Assembly: GCA_024653905.1 (NCBI GenBank)
Contig: JANLGZ010000070.1
Location: 1-56,871 of the forward strand
Source: an archaeon
GTDB taxonomy: Archaea; Iainarchaeota; Iainarchaeia; Iainarchaeales; Iainarchaeaceae
Direction: 5' to 3'
DNA: 56,871 nt
Within the stretch, counting starts at the first letter, position 1; every line of letters starts with the position of its first letter. Below the pieces are notes generated by a model. The model was not told where the DNA came from. It saw only the letters and a program-made list of their open reading frames with translations, and did no database searches. The position numbers were made by a program, and so were the translations under genes. Below, piece after piece: positions 1 through 8,880 of this stretch.

Positions 1-746
1 CCTGTTGGTTTTTCTTCAGGTTCTTCTAACTGCTGGCTTAAGGCAGCAAAGGCTTCTTCAATTTCTTTGGCTTCTTTTTCCATTCTTTTCATTTCAATTT
101 TAAAACCATATTTTTTAATCAGCAATTCCAAAACTATTTTCGCCGCACCTGGATCACCATAAACAAGTCTTGCGTTAGTTTCACCCATCAAGCAAACACC
201 TTCTATTCCTTCCATTTTACCAAGCCCTATTAGTAAACCAGCAGCTCCTGAAATCATTCCCACAGGCCGATCATTAATTGCACCTATTTTTTTCCATTCT
301 TCAAGGACTTTTTTATCAGTTGCTGCAACAACAACCCTTGGTTCAACATGCATTCTCTTTTCGCCAATATTTATCCCTGCTAAAGTACAAATTTCTTTCA
401 AACCGTTTTCCTTCAAAGAATTTATTATTGTTCTTGAAAATTCGTAATGTTCATTCATTGAACCTTTATTATCAAGCATAGGCTGCACAGGCCCTGCTAA
501 AAATAAATAATCTTCACCTTTATAAGAAAAGTAAAAAATTTCATCTTTAATTAAATCAACAATTCCTTTTGTTGTCTGAATACTTGGAGGAAAAAAATCA
601 GAATAAACATCAGCAATCTTTTCAGCTTTGAACTGTTTAAGCATATAATCAACACAGATTTTCCCAACCAAACCTATTCCTGGAAGGCCTGTGAAAAGCA
701 CCGCGTTCTTAAATTTCTTTTTTTTGATAAATATTACTGAAGTCAA
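1..746 (-). CDS. PAC2-family proteasome assembly chaperone-like protein (3' end runs off the window)
   Basis: Manual translation from TTG at 746: MTSVIFIKKKKFKNAVLFTGLPGIGLVGKI; GxPGIGxVG is the PAC2 signature; overlaps the aIF2-alpha stop, which is the usual gene context. Confidence 0.85.
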   Translation of the reverse strand, partial: MTSVIFIKKKKFKNAVLFTGLPGIGLVGKICVDYMLKQFKAEKIADVYSDFFPPSIQTTKGIVDLIKDEIFYFSYKGEDYLFLAGPVQPMLDNKGSMNEHYEFSRTIINSLKENGLKEICTLAGINIGEKRMHVEPRVVVAATDKKVLEEWKKIGAINDRPVGMISGAAGLLIGLGKMEGIEGVCLMGETNARLVYGDPGAAKIVLELLIKKYGFKIEMKRMEKEAKEIEEAFAALSQQLEEPEEKPT

Positions 747-1516
747 TTAGCTCCCGCCTTAACAAACTCTGCATTCCCGCCAAAAGATTTGGTTGATGAA
801 ACTATTTCGTCAGAAACATCTTTCAGAATTTTTTCAGCGGACTTGTAATCAACAGAAGTTGCCTTTACGGAATAGTTTCCGGAACCGAGATAAAATATTT
901 CAACTTTTTTTCCGCCTTTTTTCTGACCCTGCAAAAGCACTTTTTTTACTGATTCAATTCCTTCATAACCAGGAATTGAAAGAATAACTTTTCCGCGGAC
1001 AGTTTTTGTGGGCAGTTCAAAGTTTTTCTCAATCATTTCTAATAAAGGTTTTGCCCATTTTTTTGGGACTTTTTCCAGAATAGAATCCCCATTAGCAAGA
1101 ATTGCCTGAAACGCATCATACAAAGTGTCATATTTTTCAAGCAAAGGTTCAGCTATTTCATTCCATGCAACTTGGCTATCTACTTTCGCATCTTTTGCCA
1201 ATAACTCTAAAAGTTTCTGTGTTCTTTTTCCCTGTTTGTATTCTTCTATTTTTACTCTTTGCTGACTTGCTGAAACTTTTGTAAGCGCCAAATCAATTTG
1301 ATTTTTACTCGGATCAACACCGGTAACTTTTCCAGCCCTTATCTGACCCTCCTTTACAAAAGCCCTGATGTTTTTTATCCAGCTGGAACTTACATTAGAA
1401 ATATGCACAAAGCCCTGCATACCTTCATACTCCAAAAGTTCCATGAATACACCGTAATTAAGAACTTTTGTTATACGCCCAATGACTATTTCCCCATGTT
1501 CCGGATAATCTTCCAC
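743..1516 (-). CDS. eif2a: translation initiation factor aIF-2 alpha
   Basis: N-terminal S1 domain (YPEHGEIVIG...GFVHISNVSSSWIKNIR); directly downstream of rps27e. Confidence 0.95.
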   Translation of the reverse strand: MEDYPEHGEIVIGRITKVLNYGVFMELLEYEGMQGFVHISNVSSSWIKNIRAFVKEGQIRAGKVTGVDPSKNQIDLALTKVSASQQRVKIEEYKQGKRTQKLLELLAKDAKVDSQVAWNEIAEPLLEKYDTLYDAFQAILANGDSILEKVPKKWAKPLLEMIEKNFELPTKTVRGKVILSIPGYEGIESVKKVLLQGQKKGGKKVEIFYLGSGNYSVKATSVDYKSAEKILKDVSDEIVSSTKSFGGNAEFVKAGAN

Positions 1517-1524
1517 TCAATCAC

Positions 1525-1713
1525 CTAATCATGTTCTTTCAGAATTTTTGTTTTAAGTTTAATTTTTGAGGCAGATGTTGCTGCTAATTCAGTGTTGCAC
1601 ACTAAACATCTTACTTTTGATGAAGCTGCACTGAAAACATTCTGTTCATTGCCACAACCAGGGCATTTTAATCTATAAAATTTGGTTTTTGGTTTTGGAA
1701 TTAATTCACTCAT
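1525..1713 (-). CDS. rps27e: 30S ribosomal protein S27e
   Basis: IPKPKTKFYRLKCPGCGNEQ...CLVC zinc finger. Confidence 0.95.
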   Translation of the reverse strand: MSELIPKPKTKFYRLKCPGCGNEQNVFSAASSKVRCLVCNTELAATSASKIKLKTKILKEHD

Positions 1714-2264
1714 TGTTTTACCTCTGCAAGTTTTCTTTCGGTTAAAAGTTTTGCGATTTTAACTGGGAGTTTTTCTACCGAACCTTTCTTGAAAGGCCCA
1801 TATTCTTTCATATCAGCCCCCACAAAACTCGGGATGTCTGAAAGAATCCCCACTGAAAGGTTATTTAAATCCTTCTTATTTTGAGGCGTAGAGCCATTAT
1901 CTGAGAAAAGATCACCTAAAATTTCGTTGTGTTTTTTTAGTGCTCGTAAAATTTCGTTAAAAAGTTTCTTTTCCTGTGTAGCCATATTATCCTCATCACT
2001 AACATTGGTTCTTGAAGCAACAAGCGCCATGTTCAGAAGTTTTTTTTCTCTAAGCGCGAATATTTCCTCGATCATTTTTTTTAAATTGGAAAAGTCTCTG
2101 GATTTTGTGGAAGAAAAATCTTTCAGAGAATCCAAGTATTCTTTTTTTTCTTTGAAAATAAACTCATTTAAAAAATTGAAAAATTCCTGTTCAACCTGAA
2201 CAAGTTTTGCTGAATTTTTTTCTAATCTGTGAATTCTTCTGATTTCATCATATGATAATTCCAT
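1710..2264 (-). CDS. GINS complex subunit (GINS51-type)
   Basis: Helical A domain followed by C-terminal B domain (DIPSFVGADMKEYGPFKKG); lies between priS and rps27e; start moved to MELSYDEI at 2264. Confidence 0.85.
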   Translation of the reverse strand: MELSYDEIRRIHRLEKNSAKLVQVEQEFFNFLNEFIFKEKKEYLDSLKDFSSTKSRDFSNLKKMIEEIFALREKKLLNMALVASRTNVSDEDNMATQEKKLFNEILRALKKHNEILGDLFSDNGSTPQNKKDLNNLSVGILSDIPSFVGADMKEYGPFKKGSVEKLPVKIAKLLTERKLAEVKQ

Positions 2265-2265
2265 T

Positions 2266-3501
2266 CTAAACACCCAATTCCGCATTGCCTCTTGATAAGA
2301 GATAAAATGCAACATATTTTGGCAGAGAAACCTCTTCTTTTGTGAAAGGTCCAAACCAGTTTCCTTTGATATAAAACTTTGGGGTGGTTACATTCATAAG
2401 TCTTACCTCTTCACCAGAAAACACAACTGTTTCTTTCAAAGCATCAAAACTAGGAAGTTCTTCTCTTGATAATTCCATTGCGTTCATCCCTGTTGAACCA
2501 TGAATAGTATTAGGCACCCTAATTATTTTGTTTATATCAATTGAGGTCTGCCTGTCAACCCCAAGCATTTTTTCTTCAGCAATATACTTTAAGACTGATT
2601 CCCAAAAACGATCTGCTTTAAAACCAGGTAAAGATAATAAAAAACCACGTTCCATGCCACTCATAATGTTCTGTTTTTCTTTTAATAATTTTTTAACCGT
2701 GCCTTCAGTAACATTGTGTTTATTCCTTGAAGCCATTGCAGAAATTTTAGAAACATCCCCTTCATCAAGAAGATTTTCAATTCCATCTAATAATTTTTTT
2801 GACCAGCCCATCGCCACATTTTTTTTCGGGCAATGAAAAACTTTCTTTGAAGAATAAACAAAACCAAGAGATTTCAAATCTAAATTTGTTGCAGTAATAT
2901 AATCTAATAATTCAAGCCTTGCTGCTTTTGATAATGACTGAATATTGTCACCCCTTATATGAGTGTGAAATCCTTTTGAACCTGAAAAATTAATTGAAAT
3001 TCCATCATTAAAAGAAAAATCTTCTTCAAGAATTTTCAAAAGTGTTTGTGTTTGTTTTTTTGTTTCACCAACACATTCAGGACAAACCCATTCCTCAACC
3101 TTAACCCCAAAACCGCATTCAGGACATCTTTCAAGGTTACCTTTTCCTTTTGCATCACATGATTTGCACACCCAAGAATCATGCGAAAGTTTGCATTCTG
3201 TTTCAATATCATCAGCATCAAATTCATAAATGATATCAGCACCTAAAAGGATTTTTTTCTCCATTGGCCGGCGATCAGGAAACTCATAATGTGCATTTGA
3301 ATATGAAATGTAAAAAGGAGTTCTTTCTCTTAGAAAAAAATTGAGCTGTTTGTTGTCTGAAAAAGTCAAGTGCCTTGAGGAAATTTTTTTTCCAAATTCC
3401 CCGAATCCAAATTCTCGAGAGCGGATATCAGGAACGGTGGTTACCTCTACAGAGTTATAATAATCCTTTAGAATACTGCGTAAGTAAGTTTCAGCCCCCA
3501 T
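2266..3501 (-). CDS. priS: DNA primase small (catalytic) subunit
   Basis: REFGF, EFDADD catalytic motif, FSGSKGFH, IRVPNTIHG. Confidence 0.95.
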   Translation of the reverse strand: MGAETYLRSILKDYYNSVEVTTVPDIRSREFGFGEFGKKISSRHLTFSDNKQLNFFLRERTPFYISYSNAHYEFPDRRPMEKKILLGADIIYEFDADDIETECKLSHDSWVCKSCDAKGKGNLERCPECGFGVKVEEWVCPECVGETKKQTQTLLKILEEDFSFNDGISINFSGSKGFHTHIRGDNIQSLSKAARLELLDYITATNLDLKSLGFVYSSKKVFHCPKKNVAMGWSKKLLDGIENLLDEGDVSKISAMASRNKHNVTEGTVKKLLKEKQNIMSGMERGFLLSLPGFKADRFWESVLKYIAEEKMLGVDRQTSIDINKIIRVPNTIHGSTGMNAMELSREELPSFDALKETVVFSGEEVRLMNVTTPKFYIKGNWFGPFTKEEVSLPKYVAFYLLSRGNAELGV

Positions 3502-3597
3502 TAAAGAGATGGGCTGAAAACAATTAATAAAGATATAAGAAAAAGAAAAGAGGTAAAGGAATCACACAAAAACAATTCCTTTATCTATCAAAAAAAT

Positions 3598-3777
3598 TTA
3601 CCTCTTTTTTCTCTTTGCTGGAGCTTTCTTAGCTACAGTTTTCTTTGCTGCTTTTCTTTTAGCAGGTTTTTTCTTTGCTGGAGCTTTCTTAGCTACAGTT
3701 TTCTTTGCTGCTTTTCTTTTAGCAGGTTTTCTTTTTGCTACAGTTTTCTTTGCTGCTGTTTTTTTTCTTGCTGCCAT
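3598..3777 (-). CDS. 59-aa Lys/Ala/Arg-rich histone H1-like basic protein (missed by the ORF track)
   Basis: Manual translation MAARKKTAAKKTVAKRKPAKRKAAKKTVAKKAPAKKKPAKRKAAKKTVAKKAPAKRKKR; GGAGGT SD just upstream; no acidic residues. Confidence 0.85.
   Translation of the reverse strand: MAARKKTAAKKTVAKRKPAKRKAAKKTVAKKAPAKKKPAKRKAAKKTVAKKAPAKRKKR
3612..3730. repeat. tandem duplication with 60-bp period inside the H1-like gene
   Basis: 3612-3670 is identical to 3672-3730; the unit encodes 20 aa. Confidence 0.9.
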
Positions 3778-3943
3778 AATCCTTACCTCCTTTTTTTGTA
3801 ATTAAATAATTTTTACAGAAATTTTTTGCAAAATTCTGTCTTAAATTTGTTTATTAAATACTTTTTAACATATAAAAAAGTATTGTTGCACAAAAAATTC
3901 AATGTTTTTGACAAAAAAAAATGCAATTCACAAAAAAAATATA

Positions 3944-3996
3944 AAAATAATTTTTAATTTTGTGAAAGTGTGAAAATAATTTTTAATTTTGTGAAA
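3944..3996. repeat. 24-bp AT-rich direct repeat (AAAATAATTTTTAATTTTGTGAAA x2)
   Basis: Copies at 3944-3967 and 3973-3996; partial third copy near 4011-4028. Confidence 0.8.
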
Positions 3997-4028
3997 AAAA
4001 ACTTCCAGGAATAATTTTTGTGAGAAAA

Positions 4029-5072
4029 TTATGCATTTGTTTCAGCACTATTAAAATTTTCTTCAGAGTTTATTTTAGAATTGGTTTTTGAAATTTCTTT
4101 TGAATAGAAAATTATCGGGTGTGAAACTGGACAGTTTGAAACGCACAAATTATAAGACCTCATTTTATCACAACTCGGAGAACTGTAGCCTTTGCCTTTA
4201 ACCCCTGCAATTCGCTCAACCTGATATCTTGTTGTACTTTCGTTAAAATTAGGCGCGTTTCTAAAAACATCAGTTATTTTGCCTGCTTCCATCCCAACAG
4301 AAGCAAGGAAAGTTGCAATTGCAAATCTTCCTGAATGATTCACATTAACCCCTTGAACCAAATCTGAATAAAGTTTTGACATACAAGGCGGAAAAGATTC
4401 AGGAGACACTTTTCCAAAATCTGTTTTGGAAAATTTCTTTCTTACACTTTGCGAAAATTCTGTTTCGATGCTTTCAGCAGCAGATTTGAAAAAGTTAGGA
4501 ATTCCTTTGAGCGGAACTGGAAGAGAATCTCTTATTCCCTGACCAACAACGATTGAAATTAATCTTGCAAAATCGTTCCTTGTTAGAAACACTTTACCCA
4601 TCTTTAATTCACGATTAACAAGTTTCATGAACGTTTCCTCTAAATTAGGCCTTAGATAATCTATAAGATTGAGCTCCACAAAAAAATCCTGCGAATCAGA
4701 AAGAGAAAACCTCAAATTGAGTTCTGATGCAAGATCAATTAAAACACCGTCTTTTTCCTCTTCCAAGTTTCGAAAAATCGAATTTGAAAACAATTCAGAA
4801 AATTTTCTGTAAAGTTCATACCTGCCTATAATTGAAACCAGTATTTTTGATGCAGGAAATGCAAGTATTTCATTTTTCAAAAGCTCAGGCGAAGTTTGTA
4901 TATTAGGCCTGTATTCCTGATCTGTAAAAGCAGCGTGCACCATTGCTTTGGCTCTGTTCAGAACTGATTCAGGAACATTTTCAAGAGTAAAATCTGATTG
5001 CGCAATAACATTTTTTGCAGCAACAGAAAAAGGGTATTTTTGAGAAAACCTTAATTCTGGAATAGAAAACAT
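4029..5072 (-). CDS. priL: DNA primase large subunit
   Basis: FPPC, HSGRFAIATFL, TRYQVERI and PSCDKM..LC...C Fe-S cluster motifs. Confidence 0.95.
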   Translation of the reverse strand: MFSIPELRFSQKYPFSVAAKNVIAQSDFTLENVPESVLNRAKAMVHAAFTDQEYRPNIQTSPELLKNEILAFPASKILVSIIGRYELYRKFSELFSNSIFRNLEEEKDGVLIDLASELNLRFSLSDSQDFFVELNLIDYLRPNLEETFMKLVNRELKMGKVFLTRNDFARLISIVVGQGIRDSLPVPLKGIPNFFKSAAESIETEFSQSVRKKFSKTDFGKVSPESFPPCMSKLYSDLVQGVNVNHSGRFAIATFLASVGMEAGKITDVFRNAPNFNESTTRYQVERIAGVKGKGYSSPSCDKMRSYNLCVSNCPVSHPIIFYSKEISKTNSKINSEENFNSAETNA

Positions 5073-5076
5073 TCAA

Positions 5077-5799
5077 TCACAACAACATGTGAGCTAAGTA
5101 AAATTTAATCTCACTTTTCCCGATGCTGAAACTTACTTTCATTGCTGAATCGCTTTTAAGCTCCAGTTTTATTATTGATTCGGGATCTGCTTCCTTAACA
5201 ATGTTCTGTAAATAAGTCAGAGAATATTTTGATGTTACTTTTGCAGATGATTTTACTTTTACTTTTTTTGCATGTGCAGAATCAGCCCTTACCTTTCCTG
5301 CGGTTCCTTGCGATTCCAAAAAAAACTTTCCATTATCTACTTTAAGCACAATACTTGAACTGAATAAGGATGTATCTTTCAGGGCTTCTTTCAAAATTTT
5401 TGCGTTGATTTCAACAACCGCATCATATTCTGATTCAGGAAGTTTCAAATCTTCCTCAGAAACATCAATCAAAGGAAGAGTAAACGAACGATCTAATTCT
5501 CCTTTGAAATCTATTTTGAATTCTGAATCATTCAAATCAATAATTATTTTATCAGTCTGCATTGCCCTTGAAATAATTTTATTTAACTCTGTAAGGTTTA
5601 TACCCACAAAAGAAGGTTCTATTGAAAACGAATCAAAAACACTCTTGTCAATTGAATAATCAACCAAAACTATCTGACTTGGATCAATGGCCCTTAAATG
5701 AATCCCTTTATCATTAAACCTGAAATTACCCTCAGGAATAAACGAAGCAATAGCCTCTATACCAGATTTTAGAAAATCAACCTTGTTTAATTCAATCAT
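5077..5799 (-). CDS. pcn: PCNA sliding clamp, divergent paralog
   Basis: LRAIDPSQIVLVD, SKYSLTYL; C-terminus FYLAHMLL instead of LAPRI. Confidence 0.9.
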   Translation of the reverse strand: MIELNKVDFLKSGIEAIASFIPEGNFRFNDKGIHLRAIDPSQIVLVDYSIDKSVFDSFSIEPSFVGINLTELNKIISRAMQTDKIIIDLNDSEFKIDFKGELDRSFTLPLIDVSEEDLKLPESEYDAVVEINAKILKEALKDTSLFSSSIVLKVDNGKFFLESQGTAGKVRADSAHAKKVKVKSSAKVTSKYSLTYLQNIVKEADPESIIKLELKSDSAMKVSFSIGKSEIKFYLAHMLL

Positions 5800-5865
5800 T
5801 TTAAGCCCCTAAAATGTATTGATGCACTATATTGGTTTAAATCTTTTTGGCATCTAAACCAAAGT

Positions 5866-6318
5866 ATGATAAAGAAAATATATATAGGTTCAGACCATGC
5901 AGGCTATGAAACCAAAGAAGCACTGCAGAAATACCTAGCTAAAAAAGGTATTGAAACTATAGATCTTGGCACTCATGATAAGAAAAGAGTTGATTATCCT
6001 GATATTGCTGAGAAAGTTTCCCGAAAAGTTGCTAAGGATAAGGGCTCTTTTGGTTTGCTTGTTTGTGGAACTGGAATCGGCATGAATATTAGCGCAAACA
6101 AAATAAAGGGAATTAGAGCTGCAAACCCATATGATAATTACACCGCAAAAATGGCAAGACAACACAATGATGCTAATGTGATTTGTGTAGGCGGAAGAAC
6201 TTATGATTTGGTTAAAGCCAAAAAAATTCTCGGCGCTTTTTTGAAAGCAAAACCAAGCAAAGAAAAAAGGCACATTAATAGAATTAAGAAGATTTCTAAG
6301 ATTGAGAAAAAGAACTAA
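5866..6318 (+). CDS. rpiB: ribose-5-phosphate isomerase B
   Basis: GSDHAG, DYPD, CGTGIG, HNDANV motifs. Confidence 0.95.
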   Translation: MIKKIYIGSDHAGYETKEALQKYLAKKGIETIDLGTHDKKRVDYPDIAEKVSRKVAKDKGSFGLLVCGTGIGMNISANKIKGIRAANPYDNYTAKMARQHNDANVICVGGRTYDLVKAKKILGAFLKAKPSKEKRHINRIKKISKIEKKN

Positions 6319-6327
6319 CTAATGTAC

Positions 6328-6774
6328 TTATACTATGTTGAAGTACAGCAATAACAATCTAATGTCAATAAAGAAAACCAGGAATGTGACTGTTAAGTAA
6401 ACCTGATCAAGAACACTAATTCTGCGCAAAGAGGAACTCATTTTTTTAGTGAGAACCTGTGAATCATTTTGTGTCTTAATGTATTCAGATAAATTATACA
6501 TCCAAAAAATCACCCCCAACAACAAAAGATTTAAAATAATAAAAATAATCTGATAACTCAAATTAAATCCTAATTCAAAAGAGTTGCTTTGAAGAAACCC
6601 ACCTACATCAACAACCGAAAAAACAAGATTCATGAAAACAAAATATATTCCTTTTTTCGGAGAATACAATATTTCAACAGCATCTTTTTGTTTTTTAGTT
6701 AAAACGATTTGAATAAATATCAAAGCAACGAAAAGACTCAATCCAAAAAGAAAAATAAATATGTCTAAATCCAT
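6328..6774 (-). CDS. hypothetical membrane protein (about 4 TM)
   Basis: 148-aa ORF with several hydrophobic segments. Confidence 0.6.
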   Translation of the reverse strand: MDLDIFIFLFGLSLFVALIFIQIVLTKKQKDAVEILYSPKKGIYFVFMNLVFSVVDVGGFLQSNSFELGFNLSYQIIFIILNLLLLGVIFWMYNLSEYIKTQNDSQVLTKKMSSSLRRISVLDQVYLTVTFLVFFIDIRLLLLYFNIV

Positions 6775-6851
6775 ACAATAAGATAAAGCTCAATTTAATA
6801 AAATACCAACCGATTTTAAAATTTGGGCTAAACAGCAGATAAAAGAACTAA

Positions 6852-7598
6852 CTACTCAGATTCAATTCTTGGAGCAAGGAAATAAACTAACTTTCCTTCT
6901 CCAACTGAATAAGAAATTTCTACTGGTGCATTTGTTTTGAGTTTTACTGTTACCTCAGTATCAGCTGATGCTGCTTTGGTTACGCTAACTAAATAATCTA
7001 AAGGAAACATTGCTCTTGTTTCATCACTTGCTTTTAATGAAATAACTGCCTCATCCTTATTACTATAAATGTTTTCTAAATTTCCTTTGCTTGAATTAGC
7101 TCTAACAATAAAAGAATCATTTTCAACAAGCAATAAAATATGAGTAGAAATTAAATTAGCGTCTTTAAAAGAATCCACCAAAGCATCTGCCCTGATTTTT
7201 ATTTCTGCATCAAAATCTATTTTTGGCAGAGGCAAATCAGCTATTGAAATATCCAAAAGCGGAATTGAAAAACTTCTTTTTGATTTTCCCAAAAAAACAA
7301 CAGTTAATTTTGACTTATCTCCTGAAATTGAAAGTTCTAAAGAATCAGTGCTTTTAGCTCTTGACATAACCTGATTCAAATAATTAAGGTCAACACCAAT
7401 ACTTGTTGGTTCTTTTACTTCAAGTTTTTTGAAAGCTTTTTTAGGTAACTGAAAATCAACAAGAGAAATCTGAGAAGGATCAGTAGCTTTCAAGCTTAAC
7501 CCATTTTCATCAATCTTGAACTCTGCCTCATCCACAAGCACAGCTATCCCATCAACAAATTTCTTGAAAACCGCTGCATTATCGAATATCAATTCCAT
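6852..7598 (-). CDS. pcn: PCNA sliding clamp, canonical-like paralog
   Basis: LKATDPSQISLVD and YFLAPRIE; start set at MELIFDN (ATG at 7598). Confidence 0.95.
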   Translation of the reverse strand: MELIFDNAAVFKKFVDGIAVLVDEAEFKIDENGLSLKATDPSQISLVDFQLPKKAFKKLEVKEPTSIGVDLNYLNQVMSRAKSTDSLELSISGDKSKLTVVFLGKSKRSFSIPLLDISIADLPLPKIDFDAEIKIRADALVDSFKDANLISTHILLLVENDSFIVRANSSKGNLENIYSNKDEAVISLKASDETRAMFPLDYLVSVTKAASADTEVTVKLKTNAPVEISYSVGEGKLVYFLAPRIESE

Positions 7599-7639
7599 TT
7601 TATCACTTAGTAATTGCCTTGGCAAAGGGTTAAAAGCAT

Positions 7640-8560
7640 TCACACAAAGCCAGCAAGCATAGCTCTTTCAGAGGGTTCAAATGTGGTTATGCACTTATCA
7701 AGCGAAACATTACCTCTTTGGGATAAGCCTATACAGTTGAAAACCCATGGAAGGTCATCAAAAATAATGAGTTTTATATGCCCTATTAAAGGCAGGTGGA
7801 ATAAGTATTTTCCTCTGAGGTTTTCCACAGGAATAGGAGCAAGTACAATACAATCATTCCCACTAGAACTACAATCCTGATCCATCCGGTTATTGTTATC
7901 TCCCATGGTTAAAAGAAATTGCCCATCAGGGGCATTGATTTTCAAAACAGCCCTGTGAATTATATCTTGTTTTCTTAATGGAGAAAAGTAAACCACTATT
8001 GGTCCTTTTTCATCAAACTCAAATTCATCAGAACCAATTTTTATTGAAGCGTCTCTTTTAACCCCTGAACTATTAACGCGCTTTCCAATAACAGCATATT
8101 CACGGAGCAGTTTATCTTTTATTGGAAAATCCACATTTGCTTCAGTCAATCGCATTGAACCAGCACCGGTAAGAATTACTATATCTCCTCTGTAAAGAAT
8201 CGGCTCCATGGACCCGGAAAAAACAATTACTAATGGAGCGTTGGTGCCTAGCAAAAATGACAAAACAAAATTGTAAAGAACAAATGCAAATATGAAAGCA
8301 GAAACAAGGTACACTGAAAGAGTAATTGCTTCTTCTTTTTCAAAAAAGAAAAGATAAATGTAAACTATCCCAAGAAGACCTACAATGGTAATTGAGAAAC
8401 CAAATACAATTGAAATCAATAAAGAAAGAATCAGGTAACTTGAAATGAAAACCCCCCATTGGAGTTTCTGATCAAGTGCGTTTATTTTTGGAAGCAGAAA
8501 AAAATCAATATAAGTAAATGGATCTAACCATTTTAGTTTTTCTTTTATTTTCTTAAACAT
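7640..8560 (-). CDS. signal peptidase I (S26, Sec11-type)
   Basis: SGSMEP...GD, IIHR and TMGDNN motifs; N-terminal TM helices. Confidence 0.9.
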   Translation of the reverse strand: MFKKIKEKLKWLDPFTYIDFFLLPKINALDQKLQWGVFISSYLILSLLISIVFGFSITIVGLLGIVYIYLFFFEKEEAITLSVYLVSAFIFAFVLYNFVLSFLLGTNAPLVIVFSGSMEPILYRGDIVILTGAGSMRLTEANVDFPIKDKLLREYAVIGKRVNSSGVKRDASIKIGSDEFEFDEKGPIVVYFSPLRKQDIIHRAVLKINAPDGQFLLTMGDNNNRMDQDCSSSGNDCIVLAPIPVENLRGKYLFHLPLIGHIKLIIFDDLPWVFNCIGLSQRGNVSLDKCITTFEPSERAMLAGFV

Positions 8561-8599
8561 AGAGAAAAATCAATGTGAAACTATTTAAGTTGTTTCCCT

Positions 8600-8875
8600 T
8601 TACTTTACTGTTTTTTTAATGTTTTTTTCAAACTCATCAAGGTCTTTCTCTACTTCTTTTGAAGCATCTTCCAAAACTTTCTTTGGAGTTTTCCCTTTTG
8701 TTTTCAAAACAAATTTTGCTTTTTTGTCATTTGGATGTTCAACAAGATATGAAACAAACTCAACTGCAGAGTTATCCAAAAGTTTTTGTTTCAAAAGATT
8801 AGGAAAACTGTGCTTTTCTCCTTCCAAAATAAACTCGGCATAATCTTTTTCGTTTTTTATTACATCTATTTTCAT
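8600..8875 (-). CDS. rpoL: RNA polymerase subunit L (Rpo11)
   Basis: GEKHSFPNLLK...VSYLVEHP; GAGGTGA SD before ATG at 8875; follows csl4. Confidence 0.9.
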   Translation of the reverse strand: MKIDVIKNEKDYAEFILEGEKHSFPNLLKQKLLDNSAVEFVSYLVEHPNDKKAKFVLKTKGKTPKKVLEDASKEVEKDLDEFEKNIKKTVK

Positions 8876-8880
8876 CAATC

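Noticed and set aside
3612..3996. CRISPR array
   Set aside because: The repeats are either tandem coding units or separated by only 5 bp; there are no spacers and no cas genes.
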